Source of the DNA: Ostreococcus lucimarinus | Lineage: Eukaryota | NCBI GenBank assembly: GCA_000092065.1 | Contig: CP000583.1 | Strand: one strand, 5' to 3' | Length of the DNA: 64,000 bases | Notes under the pieces: model-generated | What the model was told of the DNA's origin: nothing | Seen by the model: the letters and a program-made list of their open reading frames with translations, nothing else | Database searches by the model: none | Translations under genes and position numbers: made by a program | Shown here: positions 38,758-49,209 of the stretch, piece by piece | How positions within the stretch are numbered: the first letter of the stretch is position 1 | Layout: the number at the start of each line of letters is the position of its first letter

Positions 38758-40434
38758 ATGCCGACGCGCGCGGTCGCGGTGGTGCTCGCGGCGACGCTGG
38801 CGGCGCGAGGCGCGCGCGGGGAACACCCTCGGGACGCGAGCAACTGGCAAGGAAAGCACGCGTGCGACGCGGCGGGCAGAGCGGCGAAGCCGCGGTCGGT
38901 GCGCGACGTGTCGGAGGCGGTGTACGCGTCGACGGATGCGCGCGCGAACGGTGCGGGGCACTCGTGGCATTCGGGATTGTTTTGCGCCGCGAACGGCGGG
39001 ACGCGCGTGGACGTGAGCGAGACGCGGGCGGTGCGCGCGGCGGAGCGTTTCGCGCTGGACGAAGGGGCGATGGCGGCGCGCGCGGACGCGGGGATGCTGA
39101 CGAGAGATTTGCTCGATGGGCTCGCGAGACGTGGGTACACGCTGCCGGCGTTTCCGTGGTTCATAGACCAGACGATCGGGGGGGCGATCGCGACGGCGAG
39201 TCACGGGAGCTCGCTCAGAGCGGGATCGCTCTCGTCGCAGATGGTGGCGTGCACGCTTGTCAAGGCAGATGGTTCCGTGGAGCATTTCTCCGAGGGCACG
39301 ACGCCCGCGCCGTTGTTCGACGCGCTGCGCGCGAACATCGGGCGGTTGGGTGTCGTCGTTGACGTCACGCTGCGCGTGGTGAAGAACACGCGAATCACTC
39401 GTAGAAACGAGGACGTGAGTCCCGAGGCGTTCGTCAACGAGATGCGGCGCGTGCAGGACGCGGTGCGAGCGTGCGAGCGCGATTACGCTGGCAACTTTGA
39501 CGCGCAGTGGTCGTGCGCGATGAACAAGCCAGAGGTGCGTGCGCTCGATGAAACCCAGTTTTTCTGGTACATTCCCCTCGGTGAAATGAGTCGCGTGCAC
39601 TTCGAGCGCGAGGAGCCGATGCCTTCGTTTCCTCGATACGACGAGCGAGGGTCGAAGGAGCTTTCCTCGATTTGGTATGGTTCGTTGAGCGGCAATGATT
39701 TGATTCGTGACTCGCCTCGCCGTGTTCGCGATATCACATCTCCTGTGACGCTGATGAGCGCCGACTCGATGGCGGAATCCTGGGCGAGACAATGGAAGCG
39801 CGCGACTCTCGCGAACATCGCCAATAACACAGAAGAACAACGAGATAATTTTTTATCGATGACTGAGCGCCAGTACGAGTTACATCAGCGATACGGGTAC
39901 GAGCAACTTGAAGTCGCGGTGCCGTTAACGAAGGCTGGCGATTGCATGCGCGCGTTCAAGGAGGCCTTGTACGACGACCGGCAGTTGAATTTAGGATTTC
40001 GCTCGCAGGCGTTACTTCGGTTCATCAAACCCGAAAGCGCGTGGCTGTCGCCCGCACATGGGCGACTTGGGTCCTTGTACATCAACATTGAAGATTTCAT
40101 CAAGTATTCCCGCTTGATCGATCGATATGGAAATCCACGCTTTGACGCCGCAGTTAAAATTTTACGCGGGGACTCGTGCGAAGGGAGATTGCACTGGGGG
40201 AAGTTTGGCTTCCCGGAACGCCGAGGGTGCTTTGACGGTGCCAAGGAGTATGGTGTTGCGTTTTGTCACTTCGGCTGTCACGTGCATCGTTTGGATCCCA
40301 CGGGAAAGTTTGCTGGAGATTCAGACGTCTTGCGCTTCGACGGCGTTGATTTCGTACACTGCTGCGGCGATGACGGATTGTTCAAAGAAAGCTCGACGTG
40401 TCGGTGCGCGCTAACGGATCGTCAATCATGCTAG
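38758..40434 (+). CDS. FAD-linked oxidase of the L-gulonolactone / D-arabinono-1,4-lactone oxidase type (VAO-fold FAD-binding domain plus ALO C-terminal domain with an HWGK motif); signal-peptide-like N-terminus
   Basis: ORF 38491..40434. From the ATG at 38758 it reads MPTRAVAVVLAATLAARGARG, a hydrophobic leader. The FAD-binding domain reads ...AGHSWHSGLFCAANGGTRVDV...AFPWFIDQTIGGAIATASHGSSLRAGSLSSQMVACTLVKADGSVE. The C-terminus reads ...GRLHWGKFGFPERRGCFDGAKEYG. The upstream in-frame ATG at 38491 would abut the divergent SHMT start. Confidence 0.68.
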   Translation: MPTRAVAVVLAATLAARGARGEHPRDASNWQGKHACDAAGRAAKPRSVRDVSEAVYASTDARANGAGHSWHSGLFCAANGGTRVDVSETRAVRAAERFALDEGAMAARADAGMLTRDLLDGLARRGYTLPAFPWFIDQTIGGAIATASHGSSLRAGSLSSQMVACTLVKADGSVEHFSEGTTPAPLFDALRANIGRLGVVVDVTLRVVKNTRITRRNEDVSPEAFVNEMRRVQDAVRACERDYAGNFDAQWSCAMNKPEVRALDETQFFWYIPLGEMSRVHFEREEPMPSFPRYDERGSKELSSIWYGSLSGNDLIRDSPRRVRDITSPVTLMSADSMAESWARQWKRATLANIANNTEEQRDNFLSMTERQYELHQRYGYEQLEVAVPLTKAGDCMRAFKEALYDDRQLNLGFRSQALLRFIKPESAWLSPAHGRLGSLYINIEDFIKYSRLIDRYGNPRFDAAVKILRGDSCEGRLHWGKFGFPERRGCFDGAKEYGVAFCHFGCHVHRLDPTGKFAGDSDVLRFDGVDFVHCCGDDGLFKESSTCRCALTDRQSC

Positions 40435-40488
40435 ATATTTGCTAACGTTTCTATGACATGATTTTACTACAGTAATTCCAGTACTCCT

Positions 40489-43400
40489 CTAACGACACAC
40501 GCTCAGCACGCCGTCGCATCTCAAAGTTGCGAATAAACGAGAACTCGACAAGAGCTGGATCGCGCAAAACGGCGTTTGCTCGCCGTACACGGAAAGTGGT
40601 GAAAATCTCGCGACCTTCTCGTTACCTGACGATGTCAAAGCAAACACGCCTATCGTCGCACCGCTCACACTGAATACATCACCCTTGGTGCTCACAGCGA
40701 TGTCTCGAACCTCGTGTTGATGACCTCGAAACGTGCGCACTCGGCCGTCGAAGCGTTTCTTAGCGTCGCCGCGGGTGTCGATCATGCGCACATCCCAAAG
40801 AGCCACAGTCATATCGTCTGAAGCGGTGAGAATTTCGTAAGATTTACTCGATGGCGAGACGATTTTGTTGACGCCACCGTCGTGCGCCTTGACGTCGAAT
40901 ACCACGCCCGACGTTCGTAAATCGAACCCACACATGTATCCGAATCGATTGCTTGCGTACACCAAGCCATCCGTTGATGCATGCAACGCTTCCACCTCGG
41001 TGGCCGATGCGGCGTCGTCATTTGGACACTTGAATTGTCGAAATATTTTACCCGCCCCTGCATCTGCGATGAGGACTCCGCCGTTGGTCGTGCCGCCAGC
41101 AACGTAAGGCGAACCGCGAGCGCCGTCATAGACGCACATCGACTCGAATCCTCCCGCATCTCGCGAGTAAAACTGCCAGATGTGATCGCTATTCGTGTTC
41201 CAGACATGCATGTATCCTTTGTCGTCGCACGAACACGCCCTGGACACGTCACCTTCGTGGTCGTTGACAAAATCGAGAAACATGCTCGCCCTCACCGTAG
41301 CTTCGTGACCTGTGTAGGCTGACATCGCACCGCTCGAGTTTTCGCCCTCCGGACCGCTCGTACGCCACACACGAACGACGTTGTCGCCACGGGACGTCAC
41401 GCCGTTGGTAAGAAAGAGACGTTCATCAGCACTCACAGAAAGCGTTTGCGCCGACGGTCGAGCTATTCGACTGTGAACGCGCCACGACGTCAACGCCGCC
41501 ACATGTAGGCGCCATGGATCGTCGTCGACCGCTCCGGCATTCGCGAGCACGCTCGACATCGTTATCGTTTCAGTTTCATCATCTTCTTCGTGGTCTGACA
41601 CATCGCGTGGAAGCCAACCCCAAGCGCCAGCATTGTTCCTGTCGTTGCTCGAACGCTGATGCCACTCATCGAGGTGGTCGAGGACTGACGGCGCCGACGC
41701 AGTCGAGGCTTTGAAAATAAAAGCTTCAGACTGCGGACCAAGAGACTTCGCTAACGACGCTAAGATGTCGGCTACGAGAACGTGCGCTCCGGACGAAGTG
41801 TCGTCTCGATTGCTCTTTAATGCTTTGCGCAGAACGTCGACGATCCTTCGCAGCGCCACGGGCAACGGCGACGATTTTGCGATGAACGTCAACCCACACG
41901 TCACACGTGCTACTTCTTCTGCGCTGCAGAATTTGGGTTGCAAACATGCGATCAAGACTGGAATGAAAATGCGGTTGAACGTCGCCGCGCCCGTCGCTTT
42001 GCGAAGCGCGCGGAGGACAGCCATATCAAACAACTCGCGCTTCAATGTCGGGCCCTCGGCGTTTAAACAAGCGCTCGGCGCACTCACGGCGCGAAGAACA
42101 AGCGGTACTATCATGTCAATGACGTCCCGACGAGAGGCAACGCCGCACGCTGTCACCACTAAAGAAGACAAACACATCGCCACTTCCATCTCATCTTTCG
42201 CGGCGAGCGGTTTGCCCCCAACGTACGATTCGACTTCCGGGCATATATCGCCTAGGACGAGGTGTGCAACAGTCGGCGAAACTCCCTTGAGCGCGTCATC
42301 AGCGATCATAATCCTTGCCGCGCGCGATTCATGTGCGGTGCGCAAATTTCCAAGGACCATTGCCGCACTGCGGATATCTGTTGAAAACAACACCGAGTCG
42401 CGCACCGCGGAGGCGGCGATTGGCTTCGGCGAGTCCATTAATAGTTTTACCACATCTCGCGCTTCAACAGGCATGCGGTTCAGCCAATATTTCAGAGACT
42501 TGAAAAGCACTTGTGTGCGGTCGATATCATCGAATAAACCGTCACTGATCGACTTCATCGGTGATTTGTTAAAGAGGCCACTCACCGACGACGGCGTGTC
42601 GTCACTGTGCGCGGGACACGGCGCACCGGCGTATATGGCTCCCAATACGCGCCCGAGCGCTCGTAGATCTTTTTCTTGGACATTTCGTAGCGACGGTTCG
42701 GTAATCTTAATGATTGTTTCGACCGCATCGCACAGGTCATCCTCAGTGTTCACTGCTGGAACCGCGCGCGGAATTTCGCCAGCGCTTCGCTTTGGATGCG
42801 GCGCGTGAAAGATACAAAATCGTCCGCTCGATTTGAGCTTGCTCTTTTCGTCATCTCGCACCATGACATTCTTTGCGATAAATGCCGCCCTACCGTATGT
42901 GGCGTAACCAAAAGTCAAATCGATCCATGTGTGTAGATTATCGCTCACCGCTTTCGATTCGAGAGCTTCGCGATGAATTTTGATGAAGTAGTCTGCCGAA
43001 CCTTCGCCAACCTGAGACCAGGATGGCAAGGACAAATCGCGCATATCTTCGTGAATGGACGTGAACACGTTCGGGTTGAGGTAAAAGTCAATCGGTGCCT
43101 CGTCTGGCGACATTTCAAAAAGCCGCGCAATATCCTTGGGATATTCGTCGGCGACAAAGTTCGCTCGAACGACGCGCGCGAGCGTCGAGCGAGGCGTCCT
43201 TCGCGCCAATGCAATGCATGCGCCGAGTTCACTGAGACAATCGTCGCTCACGTGATGCGGCGGCGTCGTGTTTCGGTACGTAAAATCCAACTGTTCGTCC
43301 CCCTTGGTCAGACGCCATTTCGTTTTGCTCAAATCTCGCGCGCCGCGGAGAGAATCCGTCGAGGCGTCGAATGGAAACTCTTTAAAGTCTATCACCCACG

Positions 43401-44205
43401 GCGCGACGGCGTAATACGCGCGATCCTTCCCGCGACGTGCAAGCTCATTCAACTTGGCGATGTACTCCAAGTTGCTTATCGCTCCCACGCGCCAAGCCGA
43501 CGTGAGATGTCGCGCGCTCGTCTCGACGGTTTGCCTTTGCTTCAGGCTCGCCGCCATCACTTCGATTTCTCGACAAGGTCCGACCTCACCATCGCGTGCG
43601 TGCGGCGAATTATGCATTCCGGACAATTGTACGAACGGCACGCCCACCGCATCGCCGCTCAGCGTGGACAAGCACACGCAGTCGACGCTCAAATTCCCGT
43701 GCGCCAAGTTCTTTTCGTGCGCGTGCGCCAACGCTCGACACAGCTGAAACGCCGCCAAAGACGCCTTCGCCGCGTCGTTCGCGAACGGATTCCCCCCCGA
43801 CCTCAAACACGCTCCGAGTGTGTACTCATAAAAAGGCTCCACCGAGCACACGACGCCATCACCGACGATCACCGCGCACGCCGGCGCGACGTTTGGATGC
43901 GACGATCGAAACGCGCTCGCGCTCGCCCCTCGCCGCGCGCTCATCGCCGCGAAAGCCCTCTCCAGCGCCGACCGCACCGCGTCACAAAACGCATTCACAT
44001 CGCCGCTCGCGTTCGCGATTTCGACGCCGAGCGCGCGCGCGATCTCGCACCGTCGTCGCGTCTCCGCCGTCGTCGCGACGCGCGCCGCGATTCTCAACCG
44101 CGCGCCTCGCGCGTCCTCCAGCACCCCCTCGCCCGCGTCGTCGTCCGCGAATCGCGCGACGACGCCCTCGGGCGCGCATCGCGAGATGACTTCCGACGCG
44201 CGCAT
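40489..44205 (-). CDS. BEACH-domain and WD40-repeat protein with an N-terminal kinase-like region (WDR81 / BEACH-family-like)
   Basis: A 1238-aa ORF with a real ATG at 44205. The BEACH core reads ISNLEYIAKLNELARRGKDRAYYAVAPWVIDF...DLTFGY. The N-terminal segment LCRALAHAHEKNLAHGNLSVDCVCLS is protein-kinase-like. The C-terminal third carries WD40-like repeats (...GHEATVRASMFLD..., ...FRGHQHEVRDIAVS...). Plus-strand ORFs 41711..42808 and 42973..44412 are its shadows. Confidence 0.8.
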   Translation of the reverse strand: MRASEVISRCAPEGVVARFADDDAGEGVLEDARGARLRIAARVATTAETRRRCEIARALGVEIANASGDVNAFCDAVRSALERAFAAMSARRGASASAFRSSHPNVAPACAVIVGDGVVCSVEPFYEYTLGACLRSGGNPFANDAAKASLAAFQLCRALAHAHEKNLAHGNLSVDCVCLSTLSGDAVGVPFVQLSGMHNSPHARDGEVGPCREIEVMAASLKQRQTVETSARHLTSAWRVGAISNLEYIAKLNELARRGKDRAYYAVAPWVIDFKEFPFDASTDSLRGARDLSKTKWRLTKGDEQLDFTYRNTTPPHHVSDDCLSELGACIALARRTPRSTLARVVRANFVADEYPKDIARLFEMSPDEAPIDFYLNPNVFTSIHEDMRDLSLPSWSQVGEGSADYFIKIHREALESKAVSDNLHTWIDLTFGYATYGRAAFIAKNVMVRDDEKSKLKSSGRFCIFHAPHPKRSAGEIPRAVPAVNTEDDLCDAVETIIKITEPSLRNVQEKDLRALGRVLGAIYAGAPCPAHSDDTPSSVSGLFNKSPMKSISDGLFDDIDRTQVLFKSLKYWLNRMPVEARDVVKLLMDSPKPIAASAVRDSVLFSTDIRSAAMVLGNLRTAHESRAARIMIADDALKGVSPTVAHLVLGDICPEVESYVGGKPLAAKDEMEVAMCLSSLVVTACGVASRRDVIDMIVPLVLRAVSAPSACLNAEGPTLKRELFDMAVLRALRKATGAATFNRIFIPVLIACLQPKFCSAEEVARVTCGLTFIAKSSPLPVALRRIVDVLRKALKSNRDDTSSGAHVLVADILASLAKSLGPQSEAFIFKASTASAPSVLDHLDEWHQRSSNDRNNAGAWGWLPRDVSDHEEDDETETITMSSVLANAGAVDDDPWRLHVAALTSWRVHSRIARPSAQTLSVSADERLFLTNGVTSRGDNVVRVWRTSGPEGENSSGAMSAYTGHEATVRASMFLDFVNDHEGDVSRACSCDDKGYMHVWNTNSDHIWQFYSRDAGGFESMCVYDGARGSPYVAGGTTNGGVLIADAGAGKIFRQFKCPNDDAASATEVEALHASTDGLVYASNRFGYMCGFDLRTSGVVFDVKAHDGGVNKIVSPSSKSYEILTASDDMTVALWDVRMIDTRGDAKKRFDGRVRTFRGHQHEVRDIAVSTKGDVFSVSGATIGVFALTSSGNEKVARFSPLSVYGEQTPFCAIQLLSSSRLFATLRCDGVLSVCR

Positions 44206-44637
44206 CGCCCGCGTCGTCGTCCTCGTCGTCGTCGCGCGCGCGTCCGCGTCACCGCCGCGCCAGCGACATCAGCGCCTCCCACAGCGCGTACGCGCACAGC
44301 GCGCCGATCAAACACAGCGGCACCGCCTGCGCGCTCGCGCACGCGCGCTTCCGTCGGACGTCGTCCACGAGCGCGGTCTCGTCGTCGACGAACGTCGCCC
44401 GCGGCATTGTGACGCCGCGCGCGGCAGTTTCCGACGCGGAATCGCCTCGACGCGACGCCGTGCGCGCGCCGAACGCGTCGCGCGCGACGCGAACGAACGG
44501 AACGCGCGCGCGCGCGTCGCGCGCGAGCGCGCGAGCGCGCGACGACGCGGCGAGGACGCGGCGACGTGGGAAGAAGTCGAGTTCGTTAGTAGGGGATCGA
44601 ATCGGACGCGGGAAGAAGTCGACGCGAGGACGACGCC

Positions 44638-45783
44638 ATGCGGCGACGGGAAGGCGCGGGACGACGGCAGAGTGAACTCGCGGAAGAGATCCGACGGCGG
44701 TCGAGCGATCTGCTGAAGAGCGCGAAGAAACGACCGAAGGCGGTGATGCGGCGCGCGGTGACGGGGAACGCGGATACGCGAGTGCGCGACTACGTCAAGA
44801 TTCCGCGCGTGATACGACAGATCGATAAGGTGTCGTTTTGCGCGGGTGTGTATGGGTTGATGATGACGGAATACATCGCGACGCGCGCGCCGGAGAAGTT
44901 TTGGTTGTTTTACGCGGTGGCGATGCCGGGGGTGTTTTTGGCGAGAGCGGTGTATTATCGAATGATTCGTTGGCAATACTTTTTGTACGATTTCTGTTAC
45001 TTTGCCAACGCCTCGGCGATGATGTTTCTGTGGCGATGGAAGAAGAGCGCGACGGTGTTTCGGTGCATCTTCGCGTTCGCGAACGGGCCGGTGTTGTTGG
45101 CGATTCCGTTATGGAGAAACTCGTTGGTGTTTCACAGCGTGGACAAGGTGTCGAGCATTTTCGTGCACGCGATGCCGTGCTTGATGACTTGGTGCGGTCG
45201 GTGGTACGGGTTTGGGAACGATGTGAATAGGCTGAGTGTGCGAGAGTTGGGCGCGGACGTGAGCGTTCTCACGGGATGTTTGGATCTCATGGTGTACCCG
45301 ATGTTCGCGTACTTGTTTTGGCAGGCGCTGTATTTGGCAAAGACGGAACTCATCGACAGAGTGAAGTTAGTGAGCGATCCGGCGCTCATGACTTCGCTGC
45401 GTTGGCTTGCGAGCGATCGAAACTCATCGGCGAATAAATACGCGTTGAAGATGATGCGCGGCATCGGATTGTTCGGCGCGGACGAGTTCTTCGACGCTGA
45501 ATCCATCAAGACGAAATTCGTCTTCGTCATGCTCCAGCTCGGGTACACCATCGTCACCTTCATCCCCATCCCGCTCTGTTACTCGAATTACTACGCCCAT
45601 ACCGCTCTCATGTGGGCCGCGTTCGGGTCATCGGTGTACAACGGCGCGGTGTATTACATCGACGTCTTTTCGCGCCGCTACGTCGAACGTCTCGCCATGG
45701 CGGAAGAATTAGAACGAGACTCACAAAGTCCCGGACTCTCCGAGTCCGAAATCGATCGATTGATGATGACCCCGATAGATTGA
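44638..45783 (+). CDS. Multi-pass membrane protein, probably of the GPC1/DUF2838 family (glycerophosphocholine acyltransferase-like)
   Basis: A 381-aa ORF with a real ATG. It has about 8 hydrophobic segments and Trp/Tyr/Phe-rich loops (WQYFLYDFCYFANASAMMFLWRWK...NSLVFHSVDKVSSIFVHAMPCLMTWCGRWYGFG...MFAYLFWQALYL). The family assignment is from memory of the DUF2838 pattern (FHS.DK..S.FIH..P) and is tentative. Confidence 0.5.
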   Translation: MRRREGAGRRQSELAEEIRRRSSDLLKSAKKRPKAVMRRAVTGNADTRVRDYVKIPRVIRQIDKVSFCAGVYGLMMTEYIATRAPEKFWLFYAVAMPGVFLARAVYYRMIRWQYFLYDFCYFANASAMMFLWRWKKSATVFRCIFAFANGPVLLAIPLWRNSLVFHSVDKVSSIFVHAMPCLMTWCGRWYGFGNDVNRLSVRELGADVSVLTGCLDLMVYPMFAYLFWQALYLAKTELIDRVKLVSDPALMTSLRWLASDRNSSANKYALKMMRGIGLFGADEFFDAESIKTKFVFVMLQLGYTIVTFIPIPLCYSNYYAHTALMWAAFGSSVYNGAVYYIDVFSRRYVERLAMAEELERDSQSPGLSESEIDRLMMTPID

Positions 45784-46051
45784 TGCACGCGATCGATGAG
45801 ATGGTTTGTCGTAAAATTTGTCGTGAAAACGCGCGCGAAATCGTCGCGACGCCGCGCGCCCGACCCGACGCCGAGAAGCGCGTTCCCGCGCCCTCAGCCC
45901 TCGTCGAAGACTTCGCCCGCCTCGTCCGCCGTCGCGTCGCCCGCCGGCTCGCGCTCGCCCTCTCGCTCCCACCGTCCGGTTTATCGACTAGTACATCGCG
46001 TCTACGCATAACAACAATCGATTCGGTCGCGTCTACGCTCTCGCGCGCGCC

Positions 46052-46321
46052 CTAGCTCGGCGCGTTCCCTTGCGCCCCCAACATCTGCCCCACGATCGCC
46101 ACGCTCTCCCAGTACTTCGCCGCGCACCGATCCACGCACGAGTTCTCCCCCACGTTCAGTTCGCCGTCCTTGAACTTCTTATCGATGCACTTCTCGTAGC
46201 ACGCGCCCACGAGCTTGTTGAACAGCTCCACGCGGTACTCCATCTCTTGTCCAGCCATGGCGAACGCCGCGTCGCGCTGTTCGGGCGTCATCGTCGGCGC
46301 GCCCTGTCCCGTCTGCGACAT
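46052..46321 (-). CDS. TIM10: Mitochondrial import inner-membrane translocase small Tim (Tim10-type, twin CX3C)
   Basis: ORF 46052..46471, trimmed to the real ATG at 46321. It reads MSQTGQGAPTMTPEQRDAAFAMAGQEMEYRVELFNKLVGACYEKCIDKKFKDGELNVGENSCVDRCAAKYWESVAIVGQMLGAQGNAPS. The two CX3C motifs (CYEKC and CVDRC) and the DRC.AKY signature match Tim10. Confidence 0.75.
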   Translation of the reverse strand: MSQTGQGAPTMTPEQRDAAFAMAGQEMEYRVELFNKLVGACYEKCIDKKFKDGELNVGENSCVDRCAAKYWESVAIVGQMLGAQGNAPS

Positions 46322-46725
46322 CGCGGTTTCTCTCGCCGCTCTCGCGTCGCGTCGTTCGCGTCGCTCGCTCGATCCGGCGTCGTCCGTCGTCCGTCGCGGC
46401 GTCGTCTGGCGGTCGCGCCGCCGCCGCGGCGTCGCGGTGGTTCGTCGCGCGCGCGTCGACCCTCGCGTCACGGTTCGATTTTCGCGATCGAACCTCGACG
46501 CGTCGATCGCCGCGCGTCGAGCGCGTCGATCGCGCGCGCGACAAAGAGACGCGCTGACTGTTTGCCCACACGCGAGTTCGACGCGCGCGCGAGGGGACCG
46601 ACGCGGCGGCCCGCACTCGACGTCGCGCGCGCGTCGCGGCGACGAGCGCGCGGCGGGAGGCGCGGGAGACGCGTCCGCGAGACGCGCGTCGACGCGGCGA
46701 TTCGATCGACGCGCGCGCGGGCGCG

Positions 46726-48462
46726 ATGGCGAGCGCGCGCGCGGGACTCGGCGGTCGGTCGTTAGGCGGCGACGGCGACGCGCGACGCGCGACGCGCGCG
46801 CGCGCGCGGATGCGCGGCGCGAGGCGCGACGGGAGACGCAGCGCGCGCGTCGAGCGCGCGCGCGCGACGGGAGGGACGCGCGCGCGCGACGGCGCGATGG
46901 GGCGCGCGAGAGGGGGACGCGGGGAGGAGGCGCGAGAACGCGGCGACGTCGCGGCGCGCGCGAGAGCCGAACGACGCGATCGACGGGACGCGGTCGCGGC
47001 GAGCGGGAGCTCGAAGACGACGCGCGAGGATCGGGACGAGGGCGAGGAGGATCCGGACGAGGCGTGGGCGTTTGAGTTTCCGAAGTCGGCGAGCGACGTC
47101 ACGACGCTCTGGCGAGGCGCGCCGAGTCGGTATCGCGTGCTCTTCGTCACGGTGTTCGCGTTCATCGTGTGTAACATGGATAAGGTGAATATTTCGGTGG
47201 CGATCATTCCCATGGCGCGGGAGTTCGGGTGGACGAGCACGCAGGCGGGGTTCGTGCAGAGCGCGTTTTTTTACGGTTTCGCGGCGTCGCAGTTACCGGG
47301 CGGGTACTTGTCGACGAAATTCGGTGGTGCCAAGGTGTTGCCGATCGGGATGTTGATTTTGTCGTTGGCGACGATCGCGATTCCGATCGTCGGCGTGAAC
47401 GAGCAGAGCATTTTCCTGTCGCGCGTGCTCGTGGGTTTGGGCGAAGGCGTGGCGCCGAGCGCGGCGACGGATATCATCGCGAGAAGCGTCAGCGTGGGCG
47501 AGCGTTCGCGCGCCGTCGGGTTCGTGTTCAGTGGGTTCAACATAGGTTCGGTGCTTGGTTTGGGGGTGGCGCCACTATTGATAGAGGCGACGAATTGGAG
47601 GACGGTGTTCGCATTCTTCGGCTCGTGCGGTTTAGTTTGGAGTTTTTGGGCTTGGAAGCTGTACGGCGACGGCGGGATGGTTGACGAAAGTTACAAGGAC
47701 GACGGCGTCACGGGTTTGACGGGTAAGCGCATATTCACCGTCGACGCAAAGGCGATAGCGAGCGGGAAGAGCCCGGCGGAAGACCCTCCGGTGCCGTGGG
47801 GGGAGTTTATATCGAATCCGTCGGTGCGCGCGCTCATGTACGTGCACTTTTGCAACAACTGGGGCTTCTACGTCCTACTCGCTTGGCTTCCGACGTACTT
47901 TACCGACGAGCTCGGGGTGACACTGACGAACGCATCGCTGTTGACTCTGCTTCCGCCGCTCGCGAACGTCGCGATGGCGTCCGTCGCCGGTCCGACTGCG
48001 GACCGCCTCATCGGCAGCGGCATGGAGATCACGAAGGTGCGTAAAACGATGCAAGCAGTCGCCTTCATGGGACCGGCGCTCGCCATGGGCTCGGCCGCAT
48101 TGGTAGATCAGCCGGTGGCGACCGTGGGTCTGCTCACGCTCGGCCTTTCGCTAGGCGCGTTTTCGTACGCGGGTTTGTACTCAAACCATCAAGATTTGTC
48201 GCCCAAGTACGCGAGTATCCTGTTGGGCATGACAAACACGTGCGGCGCGCTTCCGGGCGTCATCGGCGTTCCGTTGACTGGGTACTTGATCAAAGAAACG
48301 GAAAATTGGGAGCTTAGCATGTTCGTTCCGGCGATGTTCTTCTACTTTACGGGAACGCTCGTATTCAGCAAGTACGGCAGCGGCGATCGACAAGCGTTCA
48401 CGGGACAACCTATGCCCGAACCAGGCGAGATTCCGCCATCGTGCGATGGCGGCGGACATTAA
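46726..48462 (+). CDS. MFS transporter of the SLC17 / plant ANTR-PHT4 (anion/phosphate transporter) type, with an R/A-rich leader
   Basis: A 578-aa ORF with a real ATG. The 12-TM core reads YRVLFVTVFAFIVCNMDKVNISVAIIPMAREFGWTSTQAGFVQSAFFYGFAASQLPGGYLSTKFGGAKVLPIGM...SRVLVGLGEGVAPSAATDIIA...WLPTYFTDELGVTLTNASLLTLLPP... The mature start is uncertain. Confidence 0.78.
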   Translation: MASARAGLGGRSLGGDGDARRATRARARMRGARRDGRRSARVERARATGGTRARDGAMGRARGGRGEEARERGDVAARARAERRDRRDAVAASGSSKTTREDRDEGEEDPDEAWAFEFPKSASDVTTLWRGAPSRYRVLFVTVFAFIVCNMDKVNISVAIIPMAREFGWTSTQAGFVQSAFFYGFAASQLPGGYLSTKFGGAKVLPIGMLILSLATIAIPIVGVNEQSIFLSRVLVGLGEGVAPSAATDIIARSVSVGERSRAVGFVFSGFNIGSVLGLGVAPLLIEATNWRTVFAFFGSCGLVWSFWAWKLYGDGGMVDESYKDDGVTGLTGKRIFTVDAKAIASGKSPAEDPPVPWGEFISNPSVRALMYVHFCNNWGFYVLLAWLPTYFTDELGVTLTNASLLTLLPPLANVAMASVAGPTADRLIGSGMEITKVRKTMQAVAFMGPALAMGSAALVDQPVATVGLLTLGLSLGAFSYAGLYSNHQDLSPKYASILLGMTNTCGALPGVIGVPLTGYLIKETENWELSMFVPAMFFYFTGTLVFSKYGSGDRQAFTGQPMPEPGEIPPSCDGGGH

Positions 48463-48526
48463 ACGTATGTACATATAGAAACACGCACGTATTATCACAA
48501 CAGCACAATCGACGATCGTCCAAAAA

Positions 48527-49039
48527 TCACGCCCAAAAATCATCGTCCTCCCCGGGGCCTAATCCGGCCTCGGCTCGCTCCACGAGCGCTCGATCGATGC
48601 CGAGCAAGATCTTACACCCTCGAGGCACCCCATAGCTACTGACTTTGTTGTCGTCGTCGTCCAAACGCTTACCGCAATAAAACAAAACTAGTGACTCCGG
48701 GCCGTCGAGCTTTTGCCGCGCCCCCGTGGTCATGTCCGCTCCAGAGCCCAACCCGCCCGCGCATAACGCGCGCGCCAATTCGCCAACCGTACCGCCATCG
48801 ACGTCAAACTCGCACCGGTAACGACATCCATCGAAAAACACGGCGACGTGTCTGTCGTCCGTTCGCGCGGCGACCGTCGGTACGCTCGGCAAGAGCGCGA
48901 ACCGCGGCGAATGCGCACTGGGTAGCTCCTCGAACACCGTCGCTTCGTCCTGCGGTAAGATCTCGCGTCCACCGCTCGCGTCGCACTGCCACGCGCCCTT
49001 TCCCAGCCCCACGTCCTTCCAATACTCCATGTCGTCCAT
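48527..49039 (-). CDS. Hypothetical protein with a C-terminal ubiquitin-like domain
   Basis: A 170-aa ORF with a real ATG at 49039 (MDDMEYWKDVGLGKGAWQCD...). The C-terminal part ...TVGELARAL...LVLFYCGKRLDDDDNKVSSYGVPRGCKILLG fits a ubiquitin-fold pattern. Confidence 0.4.
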   Translation of the reverse strand: MDDMEYWKDVGLGKGAWQCDASGGREILPQDEATVFEELPSAHSPRFALLPSVPTVAARTDDRHVAVFFDGCRYRCEFDVDGGTVGELARALCAGGLGSGADMTTGARQKLDGPESLVLFYCGKRLDDDDNKVSSYGVPRGCKILLGIDRALVERAEAGLGPGEDDDFWA

Positions 49040-49209
49040 CGCGGCGCGCGCGCGTCTCGCGACGACGAATCGCGACTTTTCAAGAGCCGTTTTCGGAGCG
49101 TTACGACGCGACGACGCGACGACATAACAACGCGCGCGCGGGCAGACAAACGCCCGCGAGCGCGCGCGATCGTCGACGCGGCCGCCGTGTCGTCGAACCG
49201 CGTCGAGCG

